A DNA stretch of 64,000 bases. Source: a virus. Lineage: Duplodnaviria; Caudoviricetes. A model generated the notes under the pieces. It did not search any database, was not told the DNA's origin, and saw only the letters and a list, made by a program, of their open reading frames with translations. Below are positions 48,577 through 56,121 of this stretch, in pieces. Positions within the stretch are counted from its first letter, which is position 1. Each line of letters begins with the position of its first letter. A program made the translations under genes and the position numbers. The DNA lies in IMG/VR virus record IMGVR_UViG_638276462_000001, positions 6,655 to 70,654 of that record. One strand, given 5' to 3'.

Positions 48577-48872
48577 AGTGCGCGTACCTCCACAGTCTCG
48601 AACGGCAACGTGGCCAGGGTGGCGTGGACCTGGGCCTGTGCCCAGATGCCCATGGCCTTCTTGCCGAGTTCGTCCATACGCCGGGTCTGGTCGTTGGTCA
48701 GCTTCTGGAGCACGGCGGTGTCCAGGTGGGGTGCACTGCGCTGGCTGCGGTAACTCTCGCGCAGCTTGGCGGCGCTGCTGATCTTGGCGACCGTGGCCAC
48801 GCCCTCGACCAGCAGCCGCTCGGCCTCGGCGTAGTGCTCCATGGGCGTCATCTGGACCGGCGGGGTGCTCAC
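48573..48872 (-). CDS. Hypothetical protein
   Basis: GTGA overlap; EHYAEAERLL...AQVHATLA. Confidence 0.7.
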   Translation of the reverse strand: MSTPPVQMTPMEHYAEAERLLVEGVATVAKISSAAKLRESYRSQRSAPHLDTAVLQKLTNDQTRRMDELGKKAMGIWAQAQVHATLATLPFETVEVRAL

Positions 48873-49150
48873 CGCGCCGCCACCGTGACCGCGTAGACCG
48901 GCAGGCCGAAGTCCATGGGCGGGGCCTGGCCGGGGCCACAGATGCGGTTGCCCATGGTGGTGCAGTCCCAGCACGGCATGTCCTCCTCGCACTGCTGGCC
49001 GGTGGGCTCAGCAACGTGGGCGGGCGGCACCGTGACGGGCTCGGCGTCCTTGGGCGTGCCGATGGCCAGCCCCACGGGCATACCGAACGCCAGGCCGATG
49101 ATCAGGCCAGCGCCGAAGCACACCGCGCGGTCTGCGTTGGATGTGGGCAT
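48869..49150 (-). CDS. Membrane protein with CEEDMPCWDC..GNRICG motif
   Basis: N-terminal TM helix; SD GGAGG. Confidence 0.75.
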   Translation of the reverse strand: MPTSNADRAVCFGAGLIIGLAFGMPVGLAIGTPKDAEPVTVPPAHVAEPTGQQCEEDMPCWDCTTMGNRICGPGQAPPMDFGLPVYAVTVAAR

Positions 49151-49176
49151 TGTGGTTGTCCTCCCAGGTAAACCGG

Positions 49177-49235
49177 GGCGGGGCTGTCCCGCCGTGGTAA
49201 TGAAGGTTATAGCTTATTGATCCTGGCGCTCGCAA
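49177..49235 (-). promoter_or_regulatory. TTGCGA-class promoter with cassette hairpin
   Basis: TTGCGA-N18-TATAAC then GGCGGG ACAGC CCCGCC. Confidence 0.7.
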
Positions 49236-49267
49236 GCACTTGCCCGACATTGGCAGGGTATCTGCTG

Positions 49268-49555
49268 TTAACGAGGTCTGCGGCCGGTTTGCGACCACTG
49301 CTGGCCGCGCTGCATCTGGTACAGCATGGACACCGCCCCGCCCACCTCCGGCGGCAGGGTGACCATCAGTTCGTCCCAGGCACCACGGCGGCGCAGCTCA
49401 TCGCACAGCGCCACGAACGGGCCGAAGTGGTTGGCGTCCACGCGCTGCGTCACGACGTACCCGAGGGCGAAGCACAGCGCCGGGGTGGGGGTCATGTACA
49501 GCGGGGTGCCGTTGGCGAAGCGCGGCGCTTGGGGCACGGGGAGGTTGTGGGTCAC
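49268..49555 (-). CDS. Hypothetical protein (leaderless candidate)
   Basis: GTG 6 nt after TAGTCT. Confidence 0.65.
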   Translation of the reverse strand: MTHNLPVPQAPRFANGTPLYMTPTPALCFALGYVVTQRVDANHFGPFVALCDELRRRGAWDELMVTLPPEVGGAVSMLYQMQRGQQWSQTGRRPR

Positions 49556-49561
49556 CGCCCC

Positions 49562-49591
49562 AGACTAGCCCGCCCTTGTCGGGTATCACAG
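49562..49591 (-). promoter_or_regulatory. Degenerate cassette operator/-10
   Basis: TACCCGACAAGGGCGGGC-TAGTCT. Confidence 0.7.
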
Positions 49592-49624
49592 CCCGTCGTG
49601 TGCGCGCGTGCGCGCGGGCGCGTC

Positions 49625-49654
49625 AGCGTACCGTATGGCACCCCATTTTGTCAA
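49625..49654 (-). promoter_or_regulatory. SigA-like promoter
   Basis: TTGACA-N18-TACGCT. Confidence 0.75.
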
Positions 49655-49660
49655 ATAGGG

Positions 49661-49690
49661 TTGCTAGGCCCTTGACTTGGGCATTAGGGT
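49661..49690 (+). promoter_or_regulatory. SigA-like promoter (divergent)
   Basis: TTGCTA-N18-TAGGGT. Confidence 0.55.
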
Positions 49691-49696
49691 AGCCAG

Positions 49697-49850
49697 CAGA
49701 GCACCGGCGACCCAATGAGCCCCGTCTGCGTCGGCCAGGTTGAAGGAAGTTCGTTCGGGAAATCGTCATCCTACTTCGGAGTAGGTTCACGTCCTACGGT
49801 TCGTCCGTGGCGCAGCCCTGGGCTCACCCCGCCCTCACTCTGCCGGTCGG
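49697..49850 (+). ncRNA. Putative ~150-nt structured ncRNA
   Basis: ORF-free; nested stems ACCGGC/GCCGGT, TGAGCCC/GGGCTCA, CTGCGTC/GGCGCAG; promoter upstream. Confidence 0.45.
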
Positions 49851-49915
49851 GCTGGCCCTGGCCCCGCCGTTGACCATCTAGCGCAGCAGGTCAATTTAGG
49901 GTTAGTGTGATTGCC

Positions 49916-50674
49916 ATGACCACAACCACACGCAAGAAGTCAGCGGCCAAGGCGCACGTGCGCAGGGAAACGCTGGAGCAGTTCAACCGCGAGCTGATCG
50001 AGTACGCCGGAAGCGATCCAGGGTTCGATCAGATGGTCCGTGACCTGTACCGGGTGCGGGCGCAGAAGGCCCAGCTGGAGGAGGCCCGCACCGTGGTGTT
50101 CAGCCACGTGAAGCAGGCGTATGAGGTGGGGCACCGGGTAGTGCCCGGCACGCCCTACGAGTTGAAGCAGACCAGCCCCAAGGCCGGTGAGCCCTACCTG
50201 GCCGTGAGCAGTGCCGACGTGAAGAAGGCTGACCCGGCCGCGTGGCGGCGCGCGCAGGCACCGACCCGGTTTGTGCAGGTGAAAGCGCCTGCGGGAGCTG
50301 CGGCGGCGGTGCCAGTGCTGGACGCACCCGATGGCAGTGAGTTCATGGACCCGGTGACGGCGGTGCGGACGCACAAGGAGCATCCGGCCTGGGCGGTGCT
50401 GAAGGAGCTGCGGGCCGAGGAACAGGACTTACTCGACCGGCTGGACAAGGTGGCTGCGGACTTCGGGTGGGACGGCGGTGCCGAGGATGGCCCGCTGGTG
50501 TTCGCCGACGGCTGGAGTGTGCAGCTGGTGCGCACGCAGTTCAGCGCCGAGAAGCTGTACGCCGTGGAGCCGCAGTTGTTCGCGCGCCTGGCGGCGACCA
50601 AGACCAAGCAGGCACCGGCCCGCGTGTTCATCGGCAAGGCGGGCATCGGTGAGGATGCCGACGCCGACGAATAG
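49916..50674 (+). CDS. Hypothetical protein (leaderless candidate)
   Basis: ATG 7 nt after TAGTGT; strong codon usage. Confidence 0.75.
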   Translation: MTTTTRKKSAAKAHVRRETLEQFNRELIEYAGSDPGFDQMVRDLYRVRAQKAQLEEARTVVFSHVKQAYEVGHRVVPGTPYELKQTSPKAGEPYLAVSSADVKKADPAAWRRAQAPTRFVQVKAPAGAAAAVPVLDAPDGSEFMDPVTAVRTHKEHPAWAVLKELRAEEQDLLDRLDKVAADFGWDGGAEDGPLVFADGWSVQLVRTQFSAEKLYAVEPQLFARLAATKTKQAPARVFIGKAGIGEDADADE

Positions 50675-50740
50675 CCCCTCTGAGCTGCGGTTATGCGCCG
50701 GTACTGGCGCGCCAGCAAATTAGGGGTTATACATATAACC

Positions 50741-51010
50741 ATGGTACGCATAAAAGGGCGTGGACCCGGTCGTCCACCCGGCCCAGACAAGTTGCTGGTG
50801 CCCGTGAAAATGCTGCCTGAGCAGCGACGACGCTTCAAGGCGATGTGTGCTGCGAAGGACATGACTTACGAGGAACTGATCATCCATTGGATGGATAAAG
50901 ACGACGCAAATGAGCGTCGTAGAGTCGCACAGCAAAAACATCCGCTCCACCAGCCAAAACAGGCCAGTTTCTATCCAGGAGGAGGGCAGCGTGTCCAGCC
51001 CCGACAGTGA
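50741..51010 (+). CDS. Ribbon-helix-helix DNA-binding protein
   Basis: GRPPG..LLVPVKMLPEQRRRFKAMCAAKDMTYEELII; palindrome GGTTATA-CA-TATAACC directly upstream. Confidence 0.7.
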   Translation: MVRIKGRGPGRPPGPDKLLVPVKMLPEQRRRFKAMCAAKDMTYEELIIHWMDKDDANERRRVAQQKHPLHQPKQASFYPGGGQRVQPRQ

Positions 51011-51287
51011 CCCCGACGCCGTGCTTGCCCCAGCCGAATGGACCGGCAAGCCCGTGGTCTGCACCACATGTCAGAACGCAGGGAAGCCCGTGATGGGCCA
51101 GGACGGATGGCAGCTGCCCATCCACGGCCGGGTGGAGCAGTCGTTTCCGTTCCGCATCGTGACGTGCCCCGGCAGCATGGCAGCGGTGACCGCCATGCAG
51201 GTGCCCGCGCCCATGGAGCAGCGGATCGAGGACCACGTGGCCCAGGCCATGCCCGAGCGCATCAATGACGATTGGGACACCCCATGA
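50991..51287 (+). CDS. Small Zn-ribbon-like protein
   Basis: SD GGAGGAGG; CTTC..H..CPGS. Confidence 0.65.
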   Translation: MSSPDSDPDAVLAPAEWTGKPVVCTTCQNAGKPVMGQDGWQLPIHGRVEQSFPFRIVTCPGSMAAVTAMQVPAPMEQRIEDHVAQAMPERINDDWDTP

Positions 51288-51397
51288 AGCCCTGGCACTG
51301 GGCGGTGCTGCGTGAGCTGCTGGCGCACCCCGACCGCAAGGTGGTCGTGACATGCGTGCCGCCCCAGCACCCGCAGACAGGGCAGCGACGTGGATGA
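51284..51397 (+). CDS. 37-aa hypothetical protein (MKPWHWAVLRELL...)
   Basis: ATGA overlap; fills the gap; below ORF-track cutoff. Confidence 0.5.
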   Translation: MKPWHWAVLRELLAHPDRKVVVTCVPPQHPQTGQRRG

Positions 51398-51842
51398 ATG
51401 GCCCGAGCTGGAAACGCTGGCCCGCGCGCTCAGCAGGTGGGAGGACTGGCCGGAGCGGTACGAATACCTCCGGCCCGAGCTGACCGACTTGGTGGACGCC
51501 GTTCGCACGGTGGTGCGCAACTACCGCGACACCAAGGCTCTGGTGGAGCACTACCGCACCATGACGGTGGACCCGGCCGTGGTGCGCCAGGTGATGGGCC
51601 TTCCTCCGCACACTGAGCAGTGCGATGGCCGCGACCATCCCGGCCAGATGTGCCCCACGGGTGAGCCGATCAAGGCGTGCATCGAAATTCCGGTGCCCGA
51701 GGGCTACGACGAGGGCGATGATCCCGTGGTGCGCCATGCCCGCCAGGTGTGGGACGACTTCGGCCAGGCCATGCAGACCGGCCATCCGACAACGCACATG
51801 CCCAGGGAGGAGCCGGGAGGTGATCGACACCGTGACGATTGA
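51390..51842 (+). CDS. Hypothetical protein
   Basis: Operon continuity; codon usage. Confidence 0.65.
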   Translation: MDEWPELETLARALSRWEDWPERYEYLRPELTDLVDAVRTVVRNYRDTKALVEHYRTMTVDPAVVRQVMGLPPHTEQCDGRDHPGQMCPTGEPIKACIEIPVPEGYDEGDDPVVRHARQVWDDFGQAMQTGHPTTHMPREEPGGDRHRDD

Positions 51843-52020
51843 GCACCAGCGCGGCACCAAGCCCGTCATCCGCAGCCGCGTGGACGGGGCCACCGCCTGC
51901 TACTACCCCGACAGCCAGCGCGTGGTCCTCGTCGCGGACAAGGCCGGGTTCAGCGCCGCGCTCGACGCGCTCACGGAGCTGACTCTGGAAGTGCTCGCGC
52001 CCAAGGAGCCCCGCCCATGA
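51832..52020 (+). CDS. Hypothetical protein
   Basis: SD GGAGGTGA; 3' part of ORF 51625..52020. Confidence 0.55.
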   Translation: MTIEHQRGTKPVIRSRVDGATACYYPDSQRVVLVADKAGFSAALDALTELTLEVLAPKEPRP

Positions 52021-52274
52021 CCGTCATCGCGCCCGGCGGCTGGCGGCTGCTGACCGAGTACGTCTACGAGTTCACCGACGTAGAGAACTACTCCGACTTG
52101 TTGACGTCGCCGCTCATCACGCCCGACCCGCTGGCGCTGCCGTACATCACCATCACGCGCGGCGGCATCCGGTACCCCGTGGGGCCGGTGCGGCGCTACC
52201 GCTGGCACGCCCGTACCCGGTGGGGCAGGCGCATCAAGCGCGTGCTGTTCGGCGTGCAGTGGGTGGACCAGTGA
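52017..52274 (+). CDS. Truncated paralog of major capsid protein N-terminal segment
   Basis: SD AAGGAG; APGGW....E..Y...DV....DLL...LP.ITI.RGGIR.P shared with capsid. Confidence 0.7.
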   Translation: MTVIAPGGWRLLTEYVYEFTDVENYSDLLTSPLITPDPLALPYITITRGGIRYPVGPVRRYRWHARTRWGRRIKRVLFGVQWVDQ

Positions 52275-52498
52275 CCCGGCCCGCGCCCATCATGGAGCTG
52301 ACCGAGGCCCACGCTGACGGCACCATCTACGCCGACGGCGAAGGCGACATCTGGCAGCCGTGCCCGTTCGGCTGGACGGTTACCCGGCGCACGCCGTTCA
52401 GCATCGACACGATGCTGGCGGTGCCGCTACCGATCTATGGCCCGTACGTGCCGGTGCTGCCACCACCGCAGCCACGTGAGGGACAATCGCACCCATGA
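52271..52498 (+). CDS. Hypothetical protein
   Basis: GTGA overlap; DGEGDIW...YGPY. Confidence 0.65.
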   Translation: MTRPAPIMELTEAHADGTIYADGEGDIWQPCPFGWTVTRRTPFSIDTMLAVPLPIYGPYVPVLPPPQPREGQSHP

Positions 52499-53088
52499 CG
52501 GTCAGCGACGACGACATCGGCAACCTGCTGGACGAGGAGCTGCTGGCGCGCCGTACCAAGGTGATGTTCCTCCGCAACGCGGGGGCCACCTGGCAGGCCA
52601 TCAGCAAGGAGGTGGGCGTCAGCATTCCCACCTGCCGCAAGGACTACGCGGTGGTGTGCCGCGACATCAACAACGAACAGCCCGCCGACGTGGTGGCCCG
52701 GCACCGCGCGGTCATCTTCGACATCCAGCGGGCCAACTACCCCGCCATGATGCGCGGCGACAAAGACGCTGCCGCCACCATCCTGCGGGCGCTGGACCGC
52801 GAGGCCAAGCTGCTGGGCCTCGACGCACCCACGCGCATCCTGGCCGGGGTCAGCGACGTGGAGTTCGCCAACGAGGCTGCCCGGCTCATCGAACGCATCA
52901 CCGCATTGGATCCCACAACCATGAAGGAGCTTTCCCGTGCCACCAGCAGCGCGCCCCGCATCATCGACGCAGAACCCGCTGACCTTCCCGCTGACCCGGC
53001 GGCTGCTGCGCAGGGTGCGCCGCTGTCTGGGCCAGCGGGCGCTGGTGCCGGTGCCGACGATGACGACGACTGGAGCAACATCGCCTGA
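52495..53088 (+). CDS. HTH protein, terminase small subunit candidate
   Basis: RRTKVMFLRNAGATWQAISKEVGVS...DREAKLLGLDAP; acidic tail. Confidence 0.6.
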   Translation: MTVSDDDIGNLLDEELLARRTKVMFLRNAGATWQAISKEVGVSIPTCRKDYAVVCRDINNEQPADVVARHRAVIFDIQRANYPAMMRGDKDAAATILRALDREAKLLGLDAPTRILAGVSDVEFANEAARLIERITALDPTTMKELSRATSSAPRIIDAEPADLPADPAAAAQGAPLSGPAGAGAGADDDDDWSNIA

Positions 53089-53617
53089 GCCGGAACACGG
53101 GCCGGTGGAGCACCGCTGCCGCCTGGTGGAGCGCCACCAGATCACCACCGTGGTCACCGAGGCCAACGTCGACCGGCTTGACTACGCCGACCTGTATGCC
53201 GCCCTGTTCGACCAGGCCCGCGCCTGGCACGCCGCGCACGGCATCGCGCCGGTCGACCTGGCCCAGATGAGCCCGCGCCCCCACGGACTCAGCGATGCCG
53301 AGGTCGGGGTGGAGTGGACGGTGACCGTCGGCCGGGGCGACATCAGCGAGGACCAGCGCCTGCCGGGCGTCATGGACAGCTGGAAGTGGAGCGCGCGCTT
53401 CCACCACTGGCGCAAGGTGTTCAACCGCATGGACGGACGGCAGGGGCGTCTGCTGGCGCTGCGCGAGGACGGGCGGGCCACGGTCACCACGCTGTTCCCC
53501 GAGACCAGCCGCACAACCACGCTGCGCGCCCGCACGGGCGTGGTGGACGGATGCACCTGCCACATCGGCGGTCCGTTCAAGGACATCTGCCCGGTGCACT
53601 TCGACGCCGACACGTAG
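53060..53617 (+). CDS. Hypothetical protein (start uncertain; GTG 52937 also has an SD)
   Basis: ORF 52937..53617. Confidence 0.55.
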   Translation: MTTTGATSPEPEHGPVEHRCRLVERHQITTVVTEANVDRLDYADLYAALFDQARAWHAAHGIAPVDLAQMSPRPHGLSDAEVGVEWTVTVGRGDISEDQRLPGVMDSWKWSARFHHWRKVFNRMDGRQGRLLALREDGRATVTTLFPETSRTTTLRARTGVVDGCTCHIGGPFKDICPVHFDADT

Positions 53618-53640
53618 GGCGGCGCGGTACCATCGCGCGC

Positions 53641-53877
53641 ATGGGCCTCGCTGACCACCGCCACCACGCCACGCAGCACCTCGTCGCACTGCTGGAGCCG
53701 AACCCCAACCTCCCCGACGCGCTGCACCAGGTGGCCGACGTAGCCGCCTGCCACCGCGACAAGATGCTGGAGCTGCTGGGCGACGGCCCCGAGCTGACCG
53801 CCGGGCTGCGCAAGTTGCTGGAGGCCAAGGACTGTTTCGTGCGCCAGGCCCTGCTCGACCGGGTGGACGACCAGTGA
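53641..53877 (+). CDS. Helical-hairpin protein, Acb2/Tad1-like sponge candidate
   Basis: GPELTAGLRKLLEAKDCFVR; ATG 7 nt after TACCAT. Confidence 0.6.
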   Translation: MGLADHRHHATQHLVALLEPNPNLPDALHQVADVAACHRDKMLELLGDGPELTAGLRKLLEAKDCFVRQALLDRVDDQ

Positions 53878-54092
53878 CCGACATCCACGTCATCGACAAG
53901 CGCGCCCAGCGCCGCCTGGACCAGCAGCTGACCGACCACCTGCGCACCGCACAGCGCGCCCAGGTCGCGGCCAACGTGCGCCAGCTGGCCGGGTCGCTGT
54001 GGTGGCAGGCAGCCGCTGGCGGCAACCCGAAGGCGTTCGACACCAGGGCCGACCTGCTGGCCAAGGCCCGCGCCGAGGGCCTTGACGTATGA
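53874..54092 (+). CDS. Hypothetical protein
   Basis: GTGA overlap. Confidence 0.65.
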   Translation: MTDIHVIDKRAQRRLDQQLTDHLRTAQRAQVAANVRQLAGSLWWQAAAGGNPKAFDTRADLLAKARAEGLDV

Positions 54093-54667
54093 GCGCTGAC
54101 CCCGTGGACGACCCCTGCGAGCTGGACACCGACGAGCCCGACGCCAAGGGCTGGAAGCCGGACTACCTGCTGGTACCGGCCATCCTGGCGGGGTCACCAG
54201 TGACGATGGCCGACCTTGCCCCGGCCGACCGCGCCTGGGCTGTCGCCGGGCTGATGCGCGCCGGGCACACCGCCGAACGCATCCGCGATCGGATGGGTTG
54301 CAGCCTGCGGACGGTGCGCATGGTCAGCGCCTGGGCGGCGACCACCGCGTGCATGTTGCTCCAGGAGGAGTCCGAGCACTTCGCCGACGAGCACCGGATG
54401 CAGGCCAGCGAGATTGCCCGGCTCGGCCGCGAGCTGGCCACCAGCGAGGCCACGGCGGCGCGGTATCAGGACCAGCTGGCCCGCATGATCGACCGTTTGC
54501 AGCTCGACGGGGGCATCCCGTCCTTCCCCAAGTGCGGGCACCCGAAGACCAAGTACAACACCTACACCGCGCCGAAGACCGGCAAGACCAGTTGCCGCAT
54601 GTGCCACTGCGATGCGCAGGCCCGGTACGAAGCCCGCAAGGCTGCCGACGCCACCGCCGAGGCGTAG
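54089..54667 (+). CDS. HTH + coiled coil + Zn-finger protein
   Basis: GHTAERIRDRMGCSLRTVR; CGH...NTY...CRMC. Confidence 0.7.
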   Translation: MSADPVDDPCELDTDEPDAKGWKPDYLLVPAILAGSPVTMADLAPADRAWAVAGLMRAGHTAERIRDRMGCSLRTVRMVSAWAATTACMLLQEESEHFADEHRMQASEIARLGRELATSEATAARYQDQLARMIDRLQLDGGIPSFPKCGHPKTKYNTYTAPKTGKTSCRMCHCDAQARYEARKAADATAEA

Positions 54668-54677
54668 GGTCGGCCCC

Positions 54678-54992
54678 ATGGCCAAGGCACGCAAGGGCAG
54701 CCGCCGGGGCGGTGCTCTGCGCGGTGGCCGCAGCAAGATCGCCCGGTCGCGCGGCCGGGGCACCGTGGCGCTGCACGCCAAGGCCGGGGGCATCGCCACG
54801 TTCGCCAAGGGCGGCGGTGGCGGGTATCGCGGGTTCAAGTCGAAGAAGCAATGGCGCTGGGCCTGGGCCACGCACCAGCCCTGGGCGCGCAAGAAGTCGC
54901 ACGAAACGGCCGGTGGCCCGAAGGTGCGCTACCGCCGCCTCCCGGCCAGCAAGCACAGCGGGCACAAGGGCAGCCGCGCGCCGAAGTCCTGA
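54678..54992 (+). CDS. Very basic small protein
   Basis: K/R/G-rich; FKSKKQWRWAWAT...WARK; ATG 7 nt after TAGGGT. Confidence 0.7.
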   Translation: MAKARKGSRRGGALRGGRSKIARSRGRGTVALHAKAGGIATFAKGGGGGYRGFKSKKQWRWAWATHQPWARKKSHETAGGPKVRYRRLPASKHSGHKGSRAPKS

Positions 54993-55007
54993 TAACCCGG
55001 TTATCAG
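54989..55007. promoter_or_regulatory. Perfect palindrome at convergent junction
   Basis: CTGATAACC-C-GGTTATCAG. Confidence 0.55.
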
Positions 55008-55019
55008 TGCCGCCAGCGG

Positions 55020-55592
55020 TTACCCCAGCAGCCCGAGCGCGCTGGCCAGGAACACCAATGCCAGCACCGCAGTGAGGGCCACATAGCCCGCCTGCCGCCA
55101 GCTGGCCCACGGGTAGGCACTTACCTCGGGCTCGGTGCGCGCCCACGCTGGCGGGCACCACAGCGCCGGTACGCCGACACCCTGGCCCAGGCACACCCGG
55201 CACCGGTACGTGTCGACCAGCCAGCGCATGTCGTGCCGGTAGTAGCACCGGCCGCAGCCCTGGCACCAGTCCGCGCTCCCGTCCATGCAGGTCTGGACGC
55301 CGGGCTCCACCACGGGCTTGCCGTCGGCCACGGGCATGTGCGGTACCGCGCGCAGCTGGCCGTTCTGGTCGGGCAGCATCAGCACGCCAGCGGCGTCGTT
55401 GGCCAGGCGCGGCAGCGCGACACCCGAAGGGCCGGGCGGTGGCAGCGGCGTGAAGCTGAACCCGTCGCCCTCCTTGCGCACAGTGCCGCCGCCAGCGGCG
55501 TGCATCTCGGCCACCGCCTGGCCCAGGCGCTCGAACTTGCGGTCCTCGTCGCGGAAGCCCTTCGCGGCCATGCGGGGAATCCTGCCGCCCAT
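55020..55592 (-). CDS. Hypothetical protein with Zn ribbon and C-terminal TM helix
   Basis: TGATG overlap; CQGC...CRVC. Confidence 0.65.
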   Translation of the reverse strand: MGGRIPRMAAKGFRDEDRKFERLGQAVAEMHAAGGGTVRKEGDGFSFTPLPPPGPSGVALPRLANDAAGVLMLPDQNGQLRAVPHMPVADGKPVVEPGVQTCMDGSADWCQGCGRCYYRHDMRWLVDTYRCRVCLGQGVGVPALWCPPAWARTEPEVSAYPWASWRQAGYVALTAVLALVFLASALGLLG

Positions 55593-55978
55593 CACCACAC
55601 CTCCAGGGGTACGTCGCAGTCGTCGGCGTGCTGCGCCAGGTAGTGCGCACCGCACGTCTTGCAGTGGTCGTCCTCGCCGTAGGGGTCGCTGGCGGCGCGC
55701 AGCGCGGCGGTCATCCGCGCGCCCTGGCGGCAGCTGCACCCTGGGCAGTGCGGACCCCGTATGTTGCTGCGCCGGTACGTGCCGCCCTCGCTGCCCGGCA
55801 CCAGGCGGTCGGCTATCACCTCGTCCTCGGTGACCAACCGGCCGCACTCCCAGCACGGCACCTTCACCCCGTCGCCGCCGAACCCGGCCTCGGGGCTCAC
55901 CAGCCAGCGGCGGCGGGCGCGCCGGTCGTAGCTGCTGCCGCGTTCGTTGCGGTTGCTTCGCCCGCAGATGCTGCTCAC
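55592..55978 (-). CDS. HNH-fold protein (degenerate)
   Basis: CWECG..ADRLVPGSEGG..SNIRGPHCPGC. Confidence 0.7.
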   Translation of the reverse strand: MSSICGRSNRNERGSSYDRRARRRWLVSPEAGFGGDGVKVPCWECGRLVTEDEVIADRLVPGSEGGTYRRSNIRGPHCPGCSCRQGARMTAALRAASDPYGEDDHCKTCGAHYLAQHADDCDVPLEVW

Positions 55979-56121
55979 TTGGCCACCACGCTGGGCGGAT
56001 CGAACACCAGCCGCCACCGGTCACCGACCCAGAGCAGGATCCACCAGTGCCGCAGCCGGTGCCGGTCGCCGTCGAACAGGCGCTCCACGTCGGCACGGCT
56101 GGGCACCCCGCTGCCGGTCAC
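55975..56121 (-). CDS. Hypothetical protein
   Basis: GTGA overlap chain. Confidence 0.5.
   Translation of the reverse strand: MTGSGVPSRADVERLFDGDRHRLRHWWILLWVGDRWRLVFDPPSVVAK

Noticed and set aside
49781-49797. GTAGG-TTCACGT-CCTAC as a third tRNA-like T-arm
   Set aside because: Loop lacks the conserved A58 and no adjacent acceptor stem; treated as part of the putative ncRNA
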